Source of the DNA: Candidatus Poribacteria bacterium
Lineage (GTDB): Bacteria; Poribacteria; WGA-4E; UBA9662
Assembly: GCA_036339735.1 (NCBI GenBank)
Contig: JAYZAL010000016.1
Span: forward strand, 23,499 to 87,498
DNA length: 64,000 nt
Direction of reading: 5' to 3'
Position 1 is the stretch's first letter, and each line of letters opens with the position of its first letter. The notes under the pieces were generated by a model that worked only from the letters and a program-made list of their open reading frames with translations, had not been told where the DNA came from and searched no databases. This document shows positions 9,819 to 20,353 of this stretch, piece after piece. The position numbers and the translations under genes are program-made.

Positions 9819-12125
9819 TTATTCTTTTCGGAGTGCGAGATCTAATACTTGGGTCATATTCTCGACCTGATGGAATTCCAGTTTGGCCCGAACGTCCTCT
9901 GGAATTTCTGGTATATCTTTGCTGTTTTCTTCGGGAATAATGACATGATGGATTCGGTTTCGATGAGCAGCTAAGATTTTTTCTTTTAGTCCACCAATGG
10001 GTAAAACACGGCCTCTAAGAGTAATTTCACCAGTCATGGCAACATCTTTTCTTACATGTTGGCCAGTCATAGCCGAGACCATCGCAGTCGCAATCGTAAT
10101 GCCGGCGGAAGGCCCTTCCTTGGGTACAGCACCCTCTGGTACATGAATATGAAAATCTTGCTGGCTAAAAGTAAAATCAACAGGCAACTCTAATTCTTCA
10201 GACTGAGACCGAATATAAGCCAAGGCCGTCTGGGCAGACTCCTTCATTATATCTCCAAGCTGACCAGTCAATGTTAACTCACCTTCTCCCCTCATCGTAG
10301 TCGCTTCGATAGCAACAATGTCCCCACCAACTTGGGTATACACCATCCCTGTAGCCACACCAACTTCATCTTGTTCTTCCGGCTGACGCTGCTTGAATTG
10401 ATGTGGCCCCAGAAAGTCACTTACATTATCTTCATTGATCTTGATGTTACGGTGTTTTTTCCCATTTTTGGCAACTTGTCTGGCAATTTTTCGACAGCAT
10501 TTAGAGATCTGTCGCTCCAGCCCCCTGACACCAGCTTCTTTGGTATAGTGATTGATAATCGATCCAATAGATGTGTCGTCTATACTAACCAGTTTAGCGT
10601 TGAGACCATTCGATTTAATCTGTTTCGGAACCAAAAACTGCTGTGCGATTTTCAATTTTTCGAACTCGGTATAACCTGGCAATTCTATAACCTCCATTCT
10701 ATCTAAGAGAGGCATAGGAATTGCTGATTTTGAATTGGCCGTCATAATGAACATCACTTCCGACAAGTCAAAATCAACATCCAGGTAATGATCGCGAAAA
10801 GTATCATTTTGTTCAGGGTCTAATACTTCTAGCAATGCTGAAGCGGGATCGCCACGAAAATCAGAGCTCATTTTGTCTACTTCATCCAACAAAAATAGTG
10901 GGTTTTTCGATTTCGCATCACGTAGCCCATGAATTATTCTACCAGGTAAAGAACCAATATAAGTACGACGATGGCCACGAATTTCAGCTTCATCCCTTAC
11001 GCCACCCAAAGACATACGGACAAAATTTCGGCCAGTAGCATTTGCTATTGACCTGCCCAGCGAGGTCTTTCCCACTCCCGGCGGGCCAACTAAACACACA
11101 ATAGGTCCTTTGATTTTTTTGACGAGCTTCATAACAGATAGGTACTCGAGAATTCGATCCTTCGGTTTTTCAAGCCCGTAATGGTCTGCATTTAAGATCT
11201 TTTCTGCTCGATCAATACTGATTCGTTTATTTGTCCTATTAGACCAGGGCAACGAAACTAGCCAATCCAGGTACGTACGAATTACACCCGATTCAGCGGA
11301 CATGGGTTGCATTTGTTGAAGACGTTTGAGTTCCTTGTTAGCTTTTTCCAAAGCTTCCTCGCTCATGCCAGCTTCATGAATTTGTTTTTCAATTTCGTGA
11401 AATTCATTGGAGCCGTCTTCGCCACGTCCTAGTTCTTTCTGAATCGCTTTCATTCTTTCGTTTAGGTAGAATTCACGATGTGTTTTTTTTACCGATTTTT
11501 CTACCTCTTCTTCAATTCTGCGGTCCAATTCAACCACTTCTAAATCTTCTTCCAAGAACTGAACCACCATCTCTAATCGGTTAATGGAATTGACTTCGTC
11601 AAGGATTTGTTGAGGCTTATCCCCTTTGAAATTAGCATAATTTGCAATGTAATCTGCTAATATCCCAGGGTTTTTTTCCTTTTTGGCTACAGATAAAACT
11701 TCATTTCTAAGTTTCTTTTTGAGCTGCATGCACTCACTAAAAGATTTAACTGCTTTCTTTCGGAGGGGGGCAGTATCGTCGCTTTGATTCAAATCTTCTG
11801 ACGGAATAGTTATTTCTGCCAGAAAAATATCGTGATCAACAAGAATCTCTTCTACAACGCCTCGTCGTTCGGTCTCAACCGCAATCCGTACAGTACCGTC
11901 CCCAGGTTCAAAAGAATCTACGATCTTTGCGACCGTACCAACTGAGTAAAAATCGTCACCCGTTAGCTCATCAAGGTCAGCATTTTTTTGGTTCAGTAAT
12001 AAAACCATTTTGTCTTGACTTAGGGCAAACTTAGTTGCCAAAACGCCGACTTGGCGTACGACATTCAATGGCGTATTAGTTCGAGGAAATATAACCTTAC
12101 CGGGAAGGGGAATTATGGGAATCAT
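9819..12125 (-). CDS. lon: ATP-dependent protease La
   Basis: Walker [24 protein letters not shown], catalytic GPSAG and GGLKEK. Confidence 0.97.
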   Translation of the reverse strand: MIPIIPLPGKVIFPRTNTPLNVVRQVGVLATKFALSQDKMVLLLNQKNADLDELTGDDFYSVGTVAKIVDSFEPGDGTVRIAVETERRGVVEEILVDHDIFLAEITIPSEDLNQSDDTAPLRKKAVKSFSECMQLKKKLRNEVLSVAKKEKNPGILADYIANYANFKGDKPQQILDEVNSINRLEMVVQFLEEDLEVVELDRRIEEEVEKSVKKTHREFYLNERMKAIQKELGRGEDGSNEFHEIEKQIHEAGMSEEALEKANKELKRLQQMQPMSAESGVIRTYLDWLVSLPWSNRTNKRISIDRAEKILNADHYGLEKPKDRILEYLSVMKLVKKIKGPIVCLVGPPGVGKTSLGRSIANATGRNFVRMSLGGVRDEAEIRGHRRTYIGSLPGRIIHGLRDAKSKNPLFLLDEVDKMSSDFRGDPASALLEVLDPEQNDTFRDHYLDVDFDLSEVMFIMTANSKSAIPMPLLDRMEVIELPGYTEFEKLKIAQQFLVPKQIKSNGLNAKLVSIDDTSIGSIINHYTKEAGVRGLERQISKCCRKIARQVAKNGKKHRNIKINEDNVSDFLGPHQFKQRQPEEQDEVGVATGMVYTQVGGDIVAIEATTMRGEGELTLTGQLGDIMKESAQTALAYIRSQSEELELPVDFTFSQQDFHIHVPEGAVPKEGPSAGITIATAMVSAMTGQHVRKDVAMTGEITLRGRVLPIGGLKEKILAAHRNRIHHVIIPEENSKDIPEIPEDVRAKLEFHQVENMTQVLDLALRKE

Positions 12126-12278
12126 ATTACAATCCGACGTTACGTCTTTTTCAGATCAAAGTAGTCAATTCAAGAAAACGACTTAGTTTTTAGGCTTGCT
12201 TGCTTTCTATTATAACACGTAGGAGATAATGAGAGAAATTGGCCTGTAACGTTCTTCATCCTAATTACTTCCAAATTA

Positions 12279-13571
12279 TTAAGCCGTTTTTACATTTTTG
12301 AACTCATCAGAAGAGCAATCTTGGCTGTAGACTAGTTCTGGTTCAATTCCGCCTACAACTGAGTCTTTGGTAACAATGCATTTCTCGACTCCTTCCTTAG
12401 AAGGAAGGTCAAACATTGTACTTAGCATGAGGTTTTCCAAAACCGCGCGCAACCCTCTAGCACCAGTCTCTCTAGAAATTACCTCCTGTGCAATTGCATC
12501 AAGAGCTTCCCCTGTTACTTGAAGATCAACTTCTTCATACTTGAACAGTTGTACATATTGCTTTACTAGCGCATTTTTAGGTTCAGTCATGATTTTGACC
12601 AAAGAAGAAGCATCCAGTTCATGTAATACAGCTGCGATAGGCAACCGGCCAATAAACTCAGGAATGAAACCATATCGAATCAAATCTTTCGGTACGAGCT
12701 TCTCCAATACTTGATGGATCTTTTCTTCAGATCCATCGTCAGTGTTGGAACCAAACCCAATAGATTTAACACCAATTCGGTCCTGAACTATCTTTTCCAA
12801 CCCGACGAATGCGCCACCACAGATGAATAAAACCCTGCTAGTATCAACTTCAATAAACTCTTGGTGTGGATGTTTACGTCCACCCTGAGGCGGAATATTA
12901 GCTACCGTACCTTCCAAAATCTTCAGAAGCGCTTGTTGAACGCCTTCACCAGAAACATCTCTAGTAATTGATGGGCCATCTGATTTGCGAGTTATTTTAT
13001 CTACCTCGTCTATGTATATAATACCGGTTTCGGCTCGAGTAACATCTCCATCAGCAGCTTGAAGCAACTTCAAAATAATATTTTCAACATCTTCGCCTAC
13101 ATAACCAGCTTCAGTTAAAGTAGTGGCATCAGCAATGGCAAATGGTACGTTCAAAATTTTCGCTAGCGTTTGAGCTAATAGTGTTTTGCCCGTACCGGTC
13201 GGTCCAACCAGCATAATGTTACTTTTTTCTAGCTCGATGGCATCATCTCGAGCGTACATCAGCCGTTTATAGTGATTGTAAACGGCAACGGACAATACCC
13301 GTTTGGCTATTTGTTGTCCGATAACGTACTCATCCAGCTGAGACTTGATTTCAGCTGGTGTTGGAAGGATAAACGCTTCATCCGAAGTTGCTTGGCCCTC
13401 AGTTTCAACTTCTTCTTCCCGTCGATACTCAGCTAAAACCTCATTGCAAACTTCAACACACTCGTCACAAATAAAAATTCCAGGGCCACCAGTTATCAAC
13501 TTGTATCTAACTTCATCACGATTCTTACCACAAAAAGAACAGGTGATGTTACTTTCAGACGTACGATCCAT
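12279..13571 (-). CDS. clpX: ATP-dependent Clp protease ATP-binding subunit ClpX
   Basis: Zn finger CSFCGK...[15 protein letters not shown] loop; start placed at ATG 13571 after RBS GAGGA. Confidence 0.97.
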   Translation of the reverse strand: MDRTSESNITCSFCGKNRDEVRYKLITGGPGIFICDECVEVCNEVLAEYRREEEVETEGQATSDEAFILPTPAEIKSQLDEYVIGQQIAKRVLSVAVYNHYKRLMYARDDAIELEKSNIMLVGPTGTGKTLLAQTLAKILNVPFAIADATTLTEAGYVGEDVENIILKLLQAADGDVTRAETGIIYIDEVDKITRKSDGPSITRDVSGEGVQQALLKILEGTVANIPPQGGRKHPHQEFIEVDTSRVLFICGGAFVGLEKIVQDRIGVKSIGFGSNTDDGSEEKIHQVLEKLVPKDLIRYGFIPEFIGRLPIAAVLHELDASSLVKIMTEPKNALVKQYVQLFKYEEVDLQVTGEALDAIAQEVISRETGARGLRAVLENLMLSTMFDLPSKEGVEKCIVTKDSVVGGIEPELVYSQDCSSDEFKNVKTA

Positions 13572-13638
13572 TAATTCCTCCGAAAAATATTTGCCACATA
13601 ATGGGAGGTAAACCACTAAGGCCCAAGAAATTAGTAAA

Positions 13639-14259
13639 CTAATTGTCTGGTTCGGTTATTTCCTCTTTATCCGATTCTGAGCGAGGGTGCGCAACTTGGT
13701 CAATGATACCGTATTCTAGAGCAGCCTCAGGCCGCATGAAATAGTCACGGTCTGCGTCTAACCGAATTTTTTCAGTTGTTTGACCGGTGTGATTAGCTAA
13801 AATTTCGTCTAATTGCTCTCTCGTTTTCAGTATTTCCTGTGCATGAATGTTAATATCAGATGCTTGACCACTAATCCCACCCAGTGGTTGGTGTATCAAA
13901 ATGCTAGAGTGGGGAAGTGCATAACGCTTACCAGATTCTCCACCAGCCAACAATACAGCTCCCATACTGTATGCCTGTCCAACACACCAAGTCTGTACAG
14001 CTGGCTTTACGTATTGCATGGTATCATAGATAGCTAATCCAGCTCTAACAGACCCGCCGGGAGTGTTCAGATAGATAATAATGTCATTCTTAGGATTATC
14101 ACCTTCTAAAAAGAGCAACTGAGCAACAACGCTACTCGCAACTACATCATCTATTGCAGATCCAATCATGATAATTCGATCTTTCAGTAAGCGAGAATAA
14201 ATGTCGTAAGCCCGCTCACCGCGGCTAGTCTGTTCAATAACGCTCGGAATCAAGTTCAT
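13639..14259 (-). CDS. clpP: ATP-dependent Clp protease proteolytic subunit
   Basis: [34 protein letters not shown]. Confidence 0.97.
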   Translation of the reverse strand: MNLIPSVIEQTSRGERAYDIYSRLLKDRIIMIGSAIDDVVASSVVAQLLFLEGDNPKNDIIIYLNTPGGSVRAGLAIYDTMQYVKPAVQTWCVGQAYSMGAVLLAGGESGKRYALPHSSILIHQPLGGISGQASDINIHAQEILKTREQLDEILANHTGQTTEKIRLDADRDYFMRPEAALEYGIIDQVAHPRSESDKEEITEPDN

Positions 14260-14301
14260 TTATAGTACTCCTAAAATTCACAAAAATGACTGGTCCGCGA
14301 C

Positions 14302-15615
14302 TTACGTTGGTGTGATGATCAAATCGGGCCGCGCAGAGGCATGTTCGACTAAATGCTGATATATCTTTTCATCCCGCATCTGCTGCCGAAACTGGTCCAA
14401 ACGATTACTGGCTTTTAGAAGAGTAGCATACTTCTCTGGGTCTCGGTTTTGTTGTTCAGCAATCTGTCGAATTTCAACGTCCAGTTCATCATCCGTAACG
14501 GCGATATTATCCCGATCAGAAATGGCTTCGAAAAACCAGGTACACTTGGTATCAGCTATTACCCCTTGACGTAATTGGTCTGGCATTGAATTAAGATCAA
14601 TGTTGGCTTCCTCAGCTGTTCGTCCTTCTCGATCCAACTGGTTTTGAACGTTTGATAAGGACTCTTGGATATAACGTTCCACTAGTGCCTCAGGGACCTC
14701 TACATCTATTTTTTCAACAATTTGCTGACGAAGATCTTCCTTTTGTTGCTGGTAACGGGAATTCTTTTCTTCATCAACCATTTCATTCCAAACAGATGCG
14801 TAAAATTGATCGTAGTTCTCGTGGTCTAAATCTTTAGCCAATTCATCGTCTAGTTCCGGTAGTTGCTTTTCGGTAATTGCGTTCAGTGTAAATTCAATAC
14901 GAACGTCTCGACCTTCGAGTGGATTTTGCGCTTGTCCTTCTTGAGGTTTGGATGTGTCGATATTGACCGTTTTTGATTGCCCAACTTCCATTCCGATAAG
15001 TGAATCCTTAATCTCCGTAAAAATGTTACTTTGATCCATATCAATATCGGCATCGTCTTCTGACTCAGTGGGTTCGTCATCTAGAAAAGACTGCCAGCTA
15101 ATATTGACGCAATCACCTTCGACTACTTCCCGTTCTTCTTCTATCGGTATGTAGTCCGCGTGCATTTCTTGGTATAGTTTCATGCGTTCATCGACATCTT
15201 CCTTGGGGACGTCAATTGCTGTTTTATTTATCTCAAAAGAGCTAAGTTCAGGTACTAATACTTCAGGCTTAATATCTACGAAAGCTGAAAAAACGAACTC
15301 TTGCCCCTCGACCAGCTCAAGTTGATCAAAGGGGGGTTGAATGTCGACTTCGCCCAGTGGAATAAGCTCTTCCTGGCGTATAGCATCATCGTAGGATGAT
15401 GGGATTAGCCTTTGTAAGATATCTGCTTGGATCTGTGGTGAAAATCTGGCCCTGATCATATTGATCGGAGCCTTACCCTTGCGAAAACCAGGAATGGCAA
15501 TATTTTTCCGAATTTGTCGGTATTGCTGGCTAAATTCCTGATCTACAGTTTCTGAAGAAATTTCAATGTTAAGTTTTACTCTGCCTTTTTCCAGCCTTTC
15601 AACTGCAACCTTCAA
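14302..15615 (-). CDS. tig: Trigger factor
   Basis: Signature IPGFRKGKAP; start re-assigned to TTG at 15615 after RBS GGAG because the ORF-track start overlaps tRNAs; precedes clpP-clpX. Confidence 0.93.
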   Translation of the reverse strand: MKVAVERLEKGRVKLNIEISSETVDQEFSQQYRQIRKNIAIPGFRKGKAPINMIRARFSPQIQADILQRLIPSSYDDAIRQEELIPLGEVDIQPPFDQLELVEGQEFVFSAFVDIKPEVLVPELSSFEINKTAIDVPKEDVDERMKLYQEMHADYIPIEEEREVVEGDCVNISWQSFLDDEPTESEDDADIDMDQSNIFTEIKDSLIGMEVGQSKTVNIDTSKPQEGQAQNPLEGRDVRIEFTLNAITEKQLPELDDELAKDLDHENYDQFYASVWNEMVDEEKNSRYQQQKEDLRQQIVEKIDVEVPEALVERYIQESLSNVQNQLDREGRTAEEANIDLNSMPDQLRQGVIADTKCTWFFEAISDRDNIAVTDDELDVEIRQIAEQQNRDPEKYATLLKASNRLDQFRQQMRDEKIYQHLVEHASARPDLIITPT

Positions 15616-15653
15616 AAAAAACTCCGTGTGTCCTATGATTATGAAGATGAGAT

Positions 15654-15738
15654 TGGGCGAAGAGGGACTCGAACCCTCACGGGGGGAAACCCCAATAGAT
15701 CCTAAGTCTATCTCGTCTACCAGTTCCGACATCCGCCC
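15654..15738 (-). tRNA. tRNA-Leu (anticodon TAG)
   Basis: GGGCGGATGTCGGAACTGGTAGAC...ATAGA-CTTAGGA-TCTAT, long variable arm, GGTTCGAGTCC; CCA not encoded. Confidence 0.93.
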
Positions 15739-15775
15739 GAAATTTTGAGCCGTGGGGTTAACACGGACAAGAAAA

Positions 15776-15849
15776 CGCGTCCGGAGGGACTCGAACCCCC
15801 AACCTACAGATCCGAAGTCTGTTGCTCTATCCAATTGAACTACGGACGC
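15776..15849 (-). tRNA. tRNA-Arg (anticodon TCG)
   Basis: GCGTCCGTAGTTCAATTGGATAGAGC-A-ACAGA-CTTCGGA-TCTGT...GGTTCGAGTCC; CCA not encoded. Confidence 0.93.
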
Positions 15850-15857
15850 AAAAGAAG

Positions 15858-15930
15858 GGTGGATGATGGGATTTGAACCCACGACCGCCTGATCCACAGT
15901 CAGGAGCTCTACCACTGAGCTACATCCACC
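15858..15930 (-). tRNA. tRNA-His (anticodon GTG)
   Basis: Encoded G-1, GTGGATG acceptor stem, CCTGA-CTGTGGA-TCAGG, C73 discriminator. Confidence 0.93.
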
Positions 15931-15959
15931 ACCCGAGATTTTTAAAGGAGTGTCTTCGA

Positions 15960-16036
15960 TGGCACGCCCGGCAGGATTCGAACCTGCGACCTACTGATTA
16001 GAAGTCAGTTGCTCTATCCAGCTGAGCTACGGGCGC
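15960..16036 (-). tRNA. tRNA-Arg (anticodon TCT)
   Basis: GCGCCCGTAGCTCAGCTGGATAGAGC-A-ACTGA-CTTCTAA-TCAGT...GGTTCGAATCC...GCCA; CCA encoded. Confidence 0.95.
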
Positions 16037-16059
16037 AATCCGCAGGACGACTAAGCAAA

Positions 16060-16134
<75 letters not shown>

Positions 16135-16150
16135 TCCAAAAAACCGACAA

Positions 16151-16179
16151 AATATACCACATGCCAAAAACAGATTCAA
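16151..16179 (-). promoter_or_regulatory. Sigma70-type promoter of the tRNA cluster (possibly also tig-clpPX)
   Basis: TTGAAT-N17-TATATT with TG extended -10, about 17 nt upstream of tRNA-Pro. Confidence 0.65.
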
Positions 16180-16230
16180 GATAAAATAGCATCTCACAAA
16201 CTCGAGGGTGAGTGGTGGCCCTCAATACAT

Positions 16231-16772
16231 TCAATGTTTTTGGGTAAGACCTCGCCTATCGGAAATTAATAAACCTCCAAGTTGACACAAAGGTCCTAGC
16301 AAATCTATATCAGTAGACTGGTAACCGGTCAACCGATTTGCTAAAGCCACTGCTCCTACAAGCTCATTATCAACTAAAAACGGTAACCCAATATGACTCT
16401 TAATCTTTCCATGACCAAATGGTACACCACGACTCTGAGGGTCAGATTCGGGGGCATTGGTTAACACAGGAGCTTTACTCGTCATTACCGCTCCATTAAG
16501 GGTGTCCAGATTGTGAAATTGAAGATTGGAAAGAATGTCAAAATCGTGTATCCAGACTTGTAGATATCAATAACCGCATGGGGCAACAGATAAGGACTCT
16601 CTATCTAGCTATATCGAACTTCTGCTAAAAAACCAAACTTACTCTTAGTTACTTGCAGCCATGTTGGTAACAAAGTAACAAAAAATGATTCTATCGAGTT
16701 CTTTTTGCAGTAGGTATCGAAACTGTCAAACAAGCCCGAAACTAATTCTTTTGGTAATGTCTGGTTTTTTAT
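16231..16772 (-). pseudogene. Disrupted GAF-domain protein
   Basis: GAF-like segments LQVTKSKFGFLAEV / SPYLLPHAVIDI / FHNLDTLNGAVMTSKAPVLTN...GLPFLVDNELVGAVALANRLTGY, interrupted by TAG at 16605-16607 and a frameshift near 16560; ATA in place of ATG after RBS AAGGA. Confidence 0.7.
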
Positions 16773-16943
16773 AATTCCTTTGAAATCGTTATATGCGCGA
16801 TCAAAATACTCGTTTCTTCTCTCTTTCTTTAGGAGCGCAAATAGGATAAACGGGTATCTCTGACACTAGTTATACACTAACTTTGAGTTTTTTACAAAGA
16901 TCTGACCGAACTAAGCTAAATGGTTCCAATTCGACATAATACC

Positions 16944-16988
16944 GGAAGAAGTAATCTCGAATATACTGTATACGAGATTGCTTCTTCC
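16944..16988 (-). terminator. Long hairpin directly after the CBM9-like gene
   Basis: GGAAGAAGTAATCTCG / CGAGATTGCTTCTTCC inverted repeat; weak U-tract. Confidence 0.55.
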
Positions 16989-17822
16989 CTATTGCTGACG
17001 GATGGATGACCAAGTAGTAGTTAATTTACCGGTACTATCTACTAGTAATTGTTTGTCGGTCAAGTGAACAAGGCCTGTCTTTTCAGAATTTTTCCCATGG
17101 ACGACAGCATGACAATACCAACCGCTCCAGCCTCTCTGACCTTTTTCTTTAGGAGGATCGCCGTCATTGACACAAATTCCCATCCCGAATTTCAGGCCTT
17201 TCTCAAATTTTCCTTTCTTTAAGATTTCCTCTGCGGACAATTTAATTTCATAATAGGTTTTTTTTGCAGCTTCATCTCGTACAACCATGAAGTCTTTTTC
17301 AGTCAGCCCGTTTTTTCCAGCTTCCTCGTTATGAATCACAAGTTTTCCCGCAGAAACACCCATATTATAAAGAATCATAGGTATACCAGCTTTCCGTTTC
17401 CCGCTCATTTCTAAAGCCATTTGGAGTGTGTCTCCATTCCAGCCATTAGGTGGATCATCGTGCTTATCGTCAGTGACAATTAACCCGACGTAGAAAGCAT
17501 CTGGTTGCCAGACCATCATAATTCCGGTTCGATGGTCATCTTTTCCGTTCCACTTTCCACCACCATGTTCTTGGAAAGCTTTTTTCCCACCGTCTCCCGC
17601 GGGTAAATCAATAAATGGTTTGCCATCTGTACCAACTACGGCATCAAAGACACCATCCCAGTCGGACATTTTTCCATCGATTTTGATATCTACACCCGTC
17701 AAAGCATTGTATACATCGTGGGTCTTACTACGATTCTGAGCTGAAGCCAGATGAATAAATAATATATTCATTAGTAGTGTAAATAATATTATGCAGCTGG
17801 TTAGTCGTATAGTTTTAAACAT
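16989..17822 (-). CDS. Secreted CBM9/DOMON-like sugar-binding protein with a C-terminal GKLTTTW tail
   Basis: Signal peptide ending ASA; IKIDGKMSDW, W.PDAFYVGLIVTDD, WNGDTLQ, YYEIKL, GICVNDGD; ends VDSTGKLTTTWSSIRQQ. Confidence 0.75.
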   Translation of the reverse strand: MFKTIRLTSCIILFTLLMNILFIHLASAQNRSKTHDVYNALTGVDIKIDGKMSDWDGVFDAVVGTDGKPFIDLPAGDGGKKAFQEHGGGKWNGKDDHRTGIMMVWQPDAFYVGLIVTDDKHDDPPNGWNGDTLQMALEMSGKRKAGIPMILYNMGVSAGKLVIHNEEAGKNGLTEKDFMVVRDEAAKKTYYEIKLSAEEILKKGKFEKGLKFGMGICVNDGDPPKEKGQRGWSGWYCHAVVHGKNSEKTGLVHLTDKQLLVDSTGKLTTTWSSIRQQ

Positions 17823-17996
17823 TCTGCTTCTCCTTCACCGAGAATAATTATCGTTTACTTTTTGTTTGTTTAATTACAATCTGACTTGTACGCCCGTAAT
17901 TATGTGTCGAGTAGCCACGGGAGTACTATAACTTAACATCGCTGATCAAGACAATTGAATTGTTGTTTTCAATACTCGTATTAGCAGGACGTATTC

Positions 17997-18025
17997 TTGA
18001 CACTGACATCAGATAAGCATAAAAT
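17997..18025 (+). promoter_or_regulatory. Sigma70-type promoter for rhaB-thuA, with a palindrome in the spacer
   Basis: TTGACA-N17-TAAAAT; spacer contains CTGA-CA-TCAG. Confidence 0.65.
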
Positions 18026-18062
18026 GGAATAAATTTTCGGCAAGGAGAATTGTAAGGAAAAA

Positions 18063-19535
18063 ATGAACTTTTTGGCGATTGATTTAGGAGCAGAGAGTGG
18101 CCGTGGAATTACCGGTTCTTTTGACGGAGAACGTATCAGTCTAAGAATCATACACCGATTTCCCAATGGTGGGGTGCGAATACTTGATAGCCTGCATTGG
18201 GATTTGCTGTTTTTATGGAAAGAAATCAAGCAAGTGCTTGGCATGTCCGCTAATAGTGATCTGAAATCTATTGGGATTGATACTTGGGGCGTTGATTTTG
18301 GCTTATTGGATGCTGATGGACAACTAATTGGCCAACCATATCACTATCGAGATGAGCGCACAAGTGGAATAATGGAATTAGCTTTTGAGCTTCTCACTAA
18401 AAAGGAAATATTTGCCCAAACCGGAACACAGTTTATGCAGATTAATACTCTGTATCAGCTACTATCTATGGTGAACTCTAAATCGCCGATTTTGGAAATA
18501 GCAAATACTTTTCTAACTATTCCTGATTTGCTTAATTTTTGGCTTACAGGCCGAAAAGTAAGTGAATTTTCTAATGCAACTACGACTCAAATTCTTGACC
18601 CACGAACTGCTACTTGGTCAGAGTTAATTTGCCAAAAATTTCAAATTCCTTATGACATATTTCCTGACACGATTTTTCCAGGAGAAAAAATTGGTTTGCT
18701 TAGGTCATCTGTTGGTAAAGAAACAGGGCTTAGTACAGTTCCTGTGGTCGCACCGGCTTGTCATGACACAGGTTCTGCGATAGTCGCTGTTCCTGCTAAT
18801 GGGAATAATTGGGCATATATTAGTTCCGGCACATGGTCATTGATGGGAGTAGAGTTGGACCAACCTTTGATTACTGATCAAGCGCTAGCTTTGAATTTCA
18901 CTAATGAAGGTGGTTTTAACCGGACTTCTCGATTTCTCAAGAATATCATGGGATTATGGCTAGTTCAAGAATGTCGTCGGACTTGGGCTCAAAGTACAGG
19001 AACGGCAATGGAATATTCTGAATTAACACAATTAGCTAAAGACTCAACTGCTTTTGTGAGTGTGATTGATCCAGACGATAGCACTTTCCTACCGGCTGGG
19101 GACATGCCCAAGCGAATTGTGGATTATTGCCACCGAACGGGGCAAACTGCACCAGATACACCAGGGGCTTTTATCCGATGTGCTTTGGAGAGCTTAGCCT
19201 TTAAGTATAGATGGACGCTAGAACAGATTGAATCTGTCACTGGTCGTTATATTGATACTTTACACATCGTTGGTGGTGGAGTACAAAACCAACTCCTGTG
19301 CCAGTTTACTGCCGATGCCACTGGGAAGCAGGTAGTCGCGGGCCCTGTTGAAGCCACAGCAATTGGTAATATCGCTGTACAAGCTATCGCAATCAACGCA
19401 ATTAGCACATTAGATGAAGTTCGCCAAGTGATCAAAAATTCTTTTTCACTTCAGATTTACGACCCAAATAACAATCAAGAATGGCAAGATGCTTATCATT
19501 CATTTTTGCAAATCACCAGAATTGGAGAGTGTTAA
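18063..19535 (+). CDS. rhaB: Rhamnulokinase / L-fuculokinase (FGGY family)
   Basis: [75 protein letters not shown]. Confidence 0.88.
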   Translation: MNFLAIDLGAESGRGITGSFDGERISLRIIHRFPNGGVRILDSLHWDLLFLWKEIKQVLGMSANSDLKSIGIDTWGVDFGLLDADGQLIGQPYHYRDERTSGIMELAFELLTKKEIFAQTGTQFMQINTLYQLLSMVNSKSPILEIANTFLTIPDLLNFWLTGRKVSEFSNATTTQILDPRTATWSELICQKFQIPYDIFPDTIFPGEKIGLLRSSVGKETGLSTVPVVAPACHDTGSAIVAVPANGNNWAYISSGTWSLMGVELDQPLITDQALALNFTNEGGFNRTSRFLKNIMGLWLVQECRRTWAQSTGTAMEYSELTQLAKDSTAFVSVIDPDDSTFLPAGDMPKRIVDYCHRTGQTAPDTPGAFIRCALESLAFKYRWTLEQIESVTGRYIDTLHIVGGGVQNQLLCQFTADATGKQVVAGPVEATAIGNIAVQAIAINAISTLDEVRQVIKNSFSLQIYDPNNNQEWQDAYHSFLQITRIGEC

Positions 19536-19543
19536 TAATCACA

Positions 19544-20281
19544 ATGAGTAAAAAAATTCGGGTCACAATATGGAATGAGAATTTACATGAACAGAACAAT
19601 GAGTTTATAGCCAATCTTTATCCAAAGGGCATACACGGCGCTATTTCTGATGGACTCAAAGAGAACCTAGATATCGATGTTTTTTTTGCTACTCTGGATG
19701 AGCCTGAGCATGGTCTGACAGAATCAGTTCTTAAGCAAACGGATGTATTAATATGGTGGAGCCACTTAGCTCATGATAAAGTGAGTGATGAAATAGCAAT
19801 TAGGGTGCAAGAAAAAGTCCTTGATGGGATGGGTTTGATTATGTTGCATTCTACACAGGGAGCCAAAATTTTTAAGTTGTTACTAGGAACTAGTGGCGCT
19901 TTGAAATGGAGGGAAGCTGGTGAAAAAGAACGAATTTGGGTCATAGAGCATGGTCATCCGATTGCCGATGGGCTCGGGGAATATTTTGAACTAGAAGAAA
20001 CTGAAATGTACGGTGAACCATTCGATATTCCAGCCCCCGACAATTTAGTTTTTATCAGTTGGTTTCCTGGGGGCGAGGTCTTTCGCAGCGGGTGCTGTTA
20101 CTACAGAGGGAAAGGTAAGGTGTTTTATTTTCGTCCGGGACACGAGACTCACCCAATTTACTACGACCCAAACATCAGAAGGGTGATGGCTAACGCTGTT
20201 CTGTGGGCCAAGCCAACTAGGTCAGTTGAAGGGCTACACATTAGGCAATTGACAAACTCCTCACCACTAGAACGTATCTGA
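19544..20281 (+). CDS. ThuA domain (trehalose-utilisation, GATase-like) protein
   Basis: [59 protein letters not shown]; start at ATG 19544. Confidence 0.88.
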   Translation: MSKKIRVTIWNENLHEQNNEFIANLYPKGIHGAISDGLKENLDIDVFFATLDEPEHGLTESVLKQTDVLIWWSHLAHDKVSDEIAIRVQEKVLDGMGLIMLHSTQGAKIFKLLLGTSGALKWREAGEKERIWVIEHGHPIADGLGEYFELEETEMYGEPFDIPAPDNLVFISWFPGGEVFRSGCCYYRGKGKVFYFRPGHETHPIYYDPNIRRVMANAVLWAKPTRSVEGLHIRQLTNSSPLERI

Positions 20282-20297
20282 TCAGGAGAAAACTAAC

Positions 20298-20336
20298 AGG
20301 AGGGAAAGCAACCTTCGAATTGGTTTCCCTCCTTTT
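20298..20336 (+). terminator. Intrinsic terminator between convergent genes
   Basis: AGGAGGGAAA...TTTCCCTCCT stem followed by T tract. Confidence 0.7.
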
Positions 20337-20353
20337 GATCATTTTTATAATTG

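Noticed and set aside
15616-15915. 100-codon N-terminal extension of trigger factor in the ORF track
   Set aside because: It runs through tRNA-Leu, tRNA-Arg and tRNA-His; the real start is TTG 15615 with an RBS, and the open frame is coincidental
16605-16607. In-frame TAG as possible pyrrolysine
   Set aside because: The same gene has a frameshift and a damaged start, and the position is not catalytic
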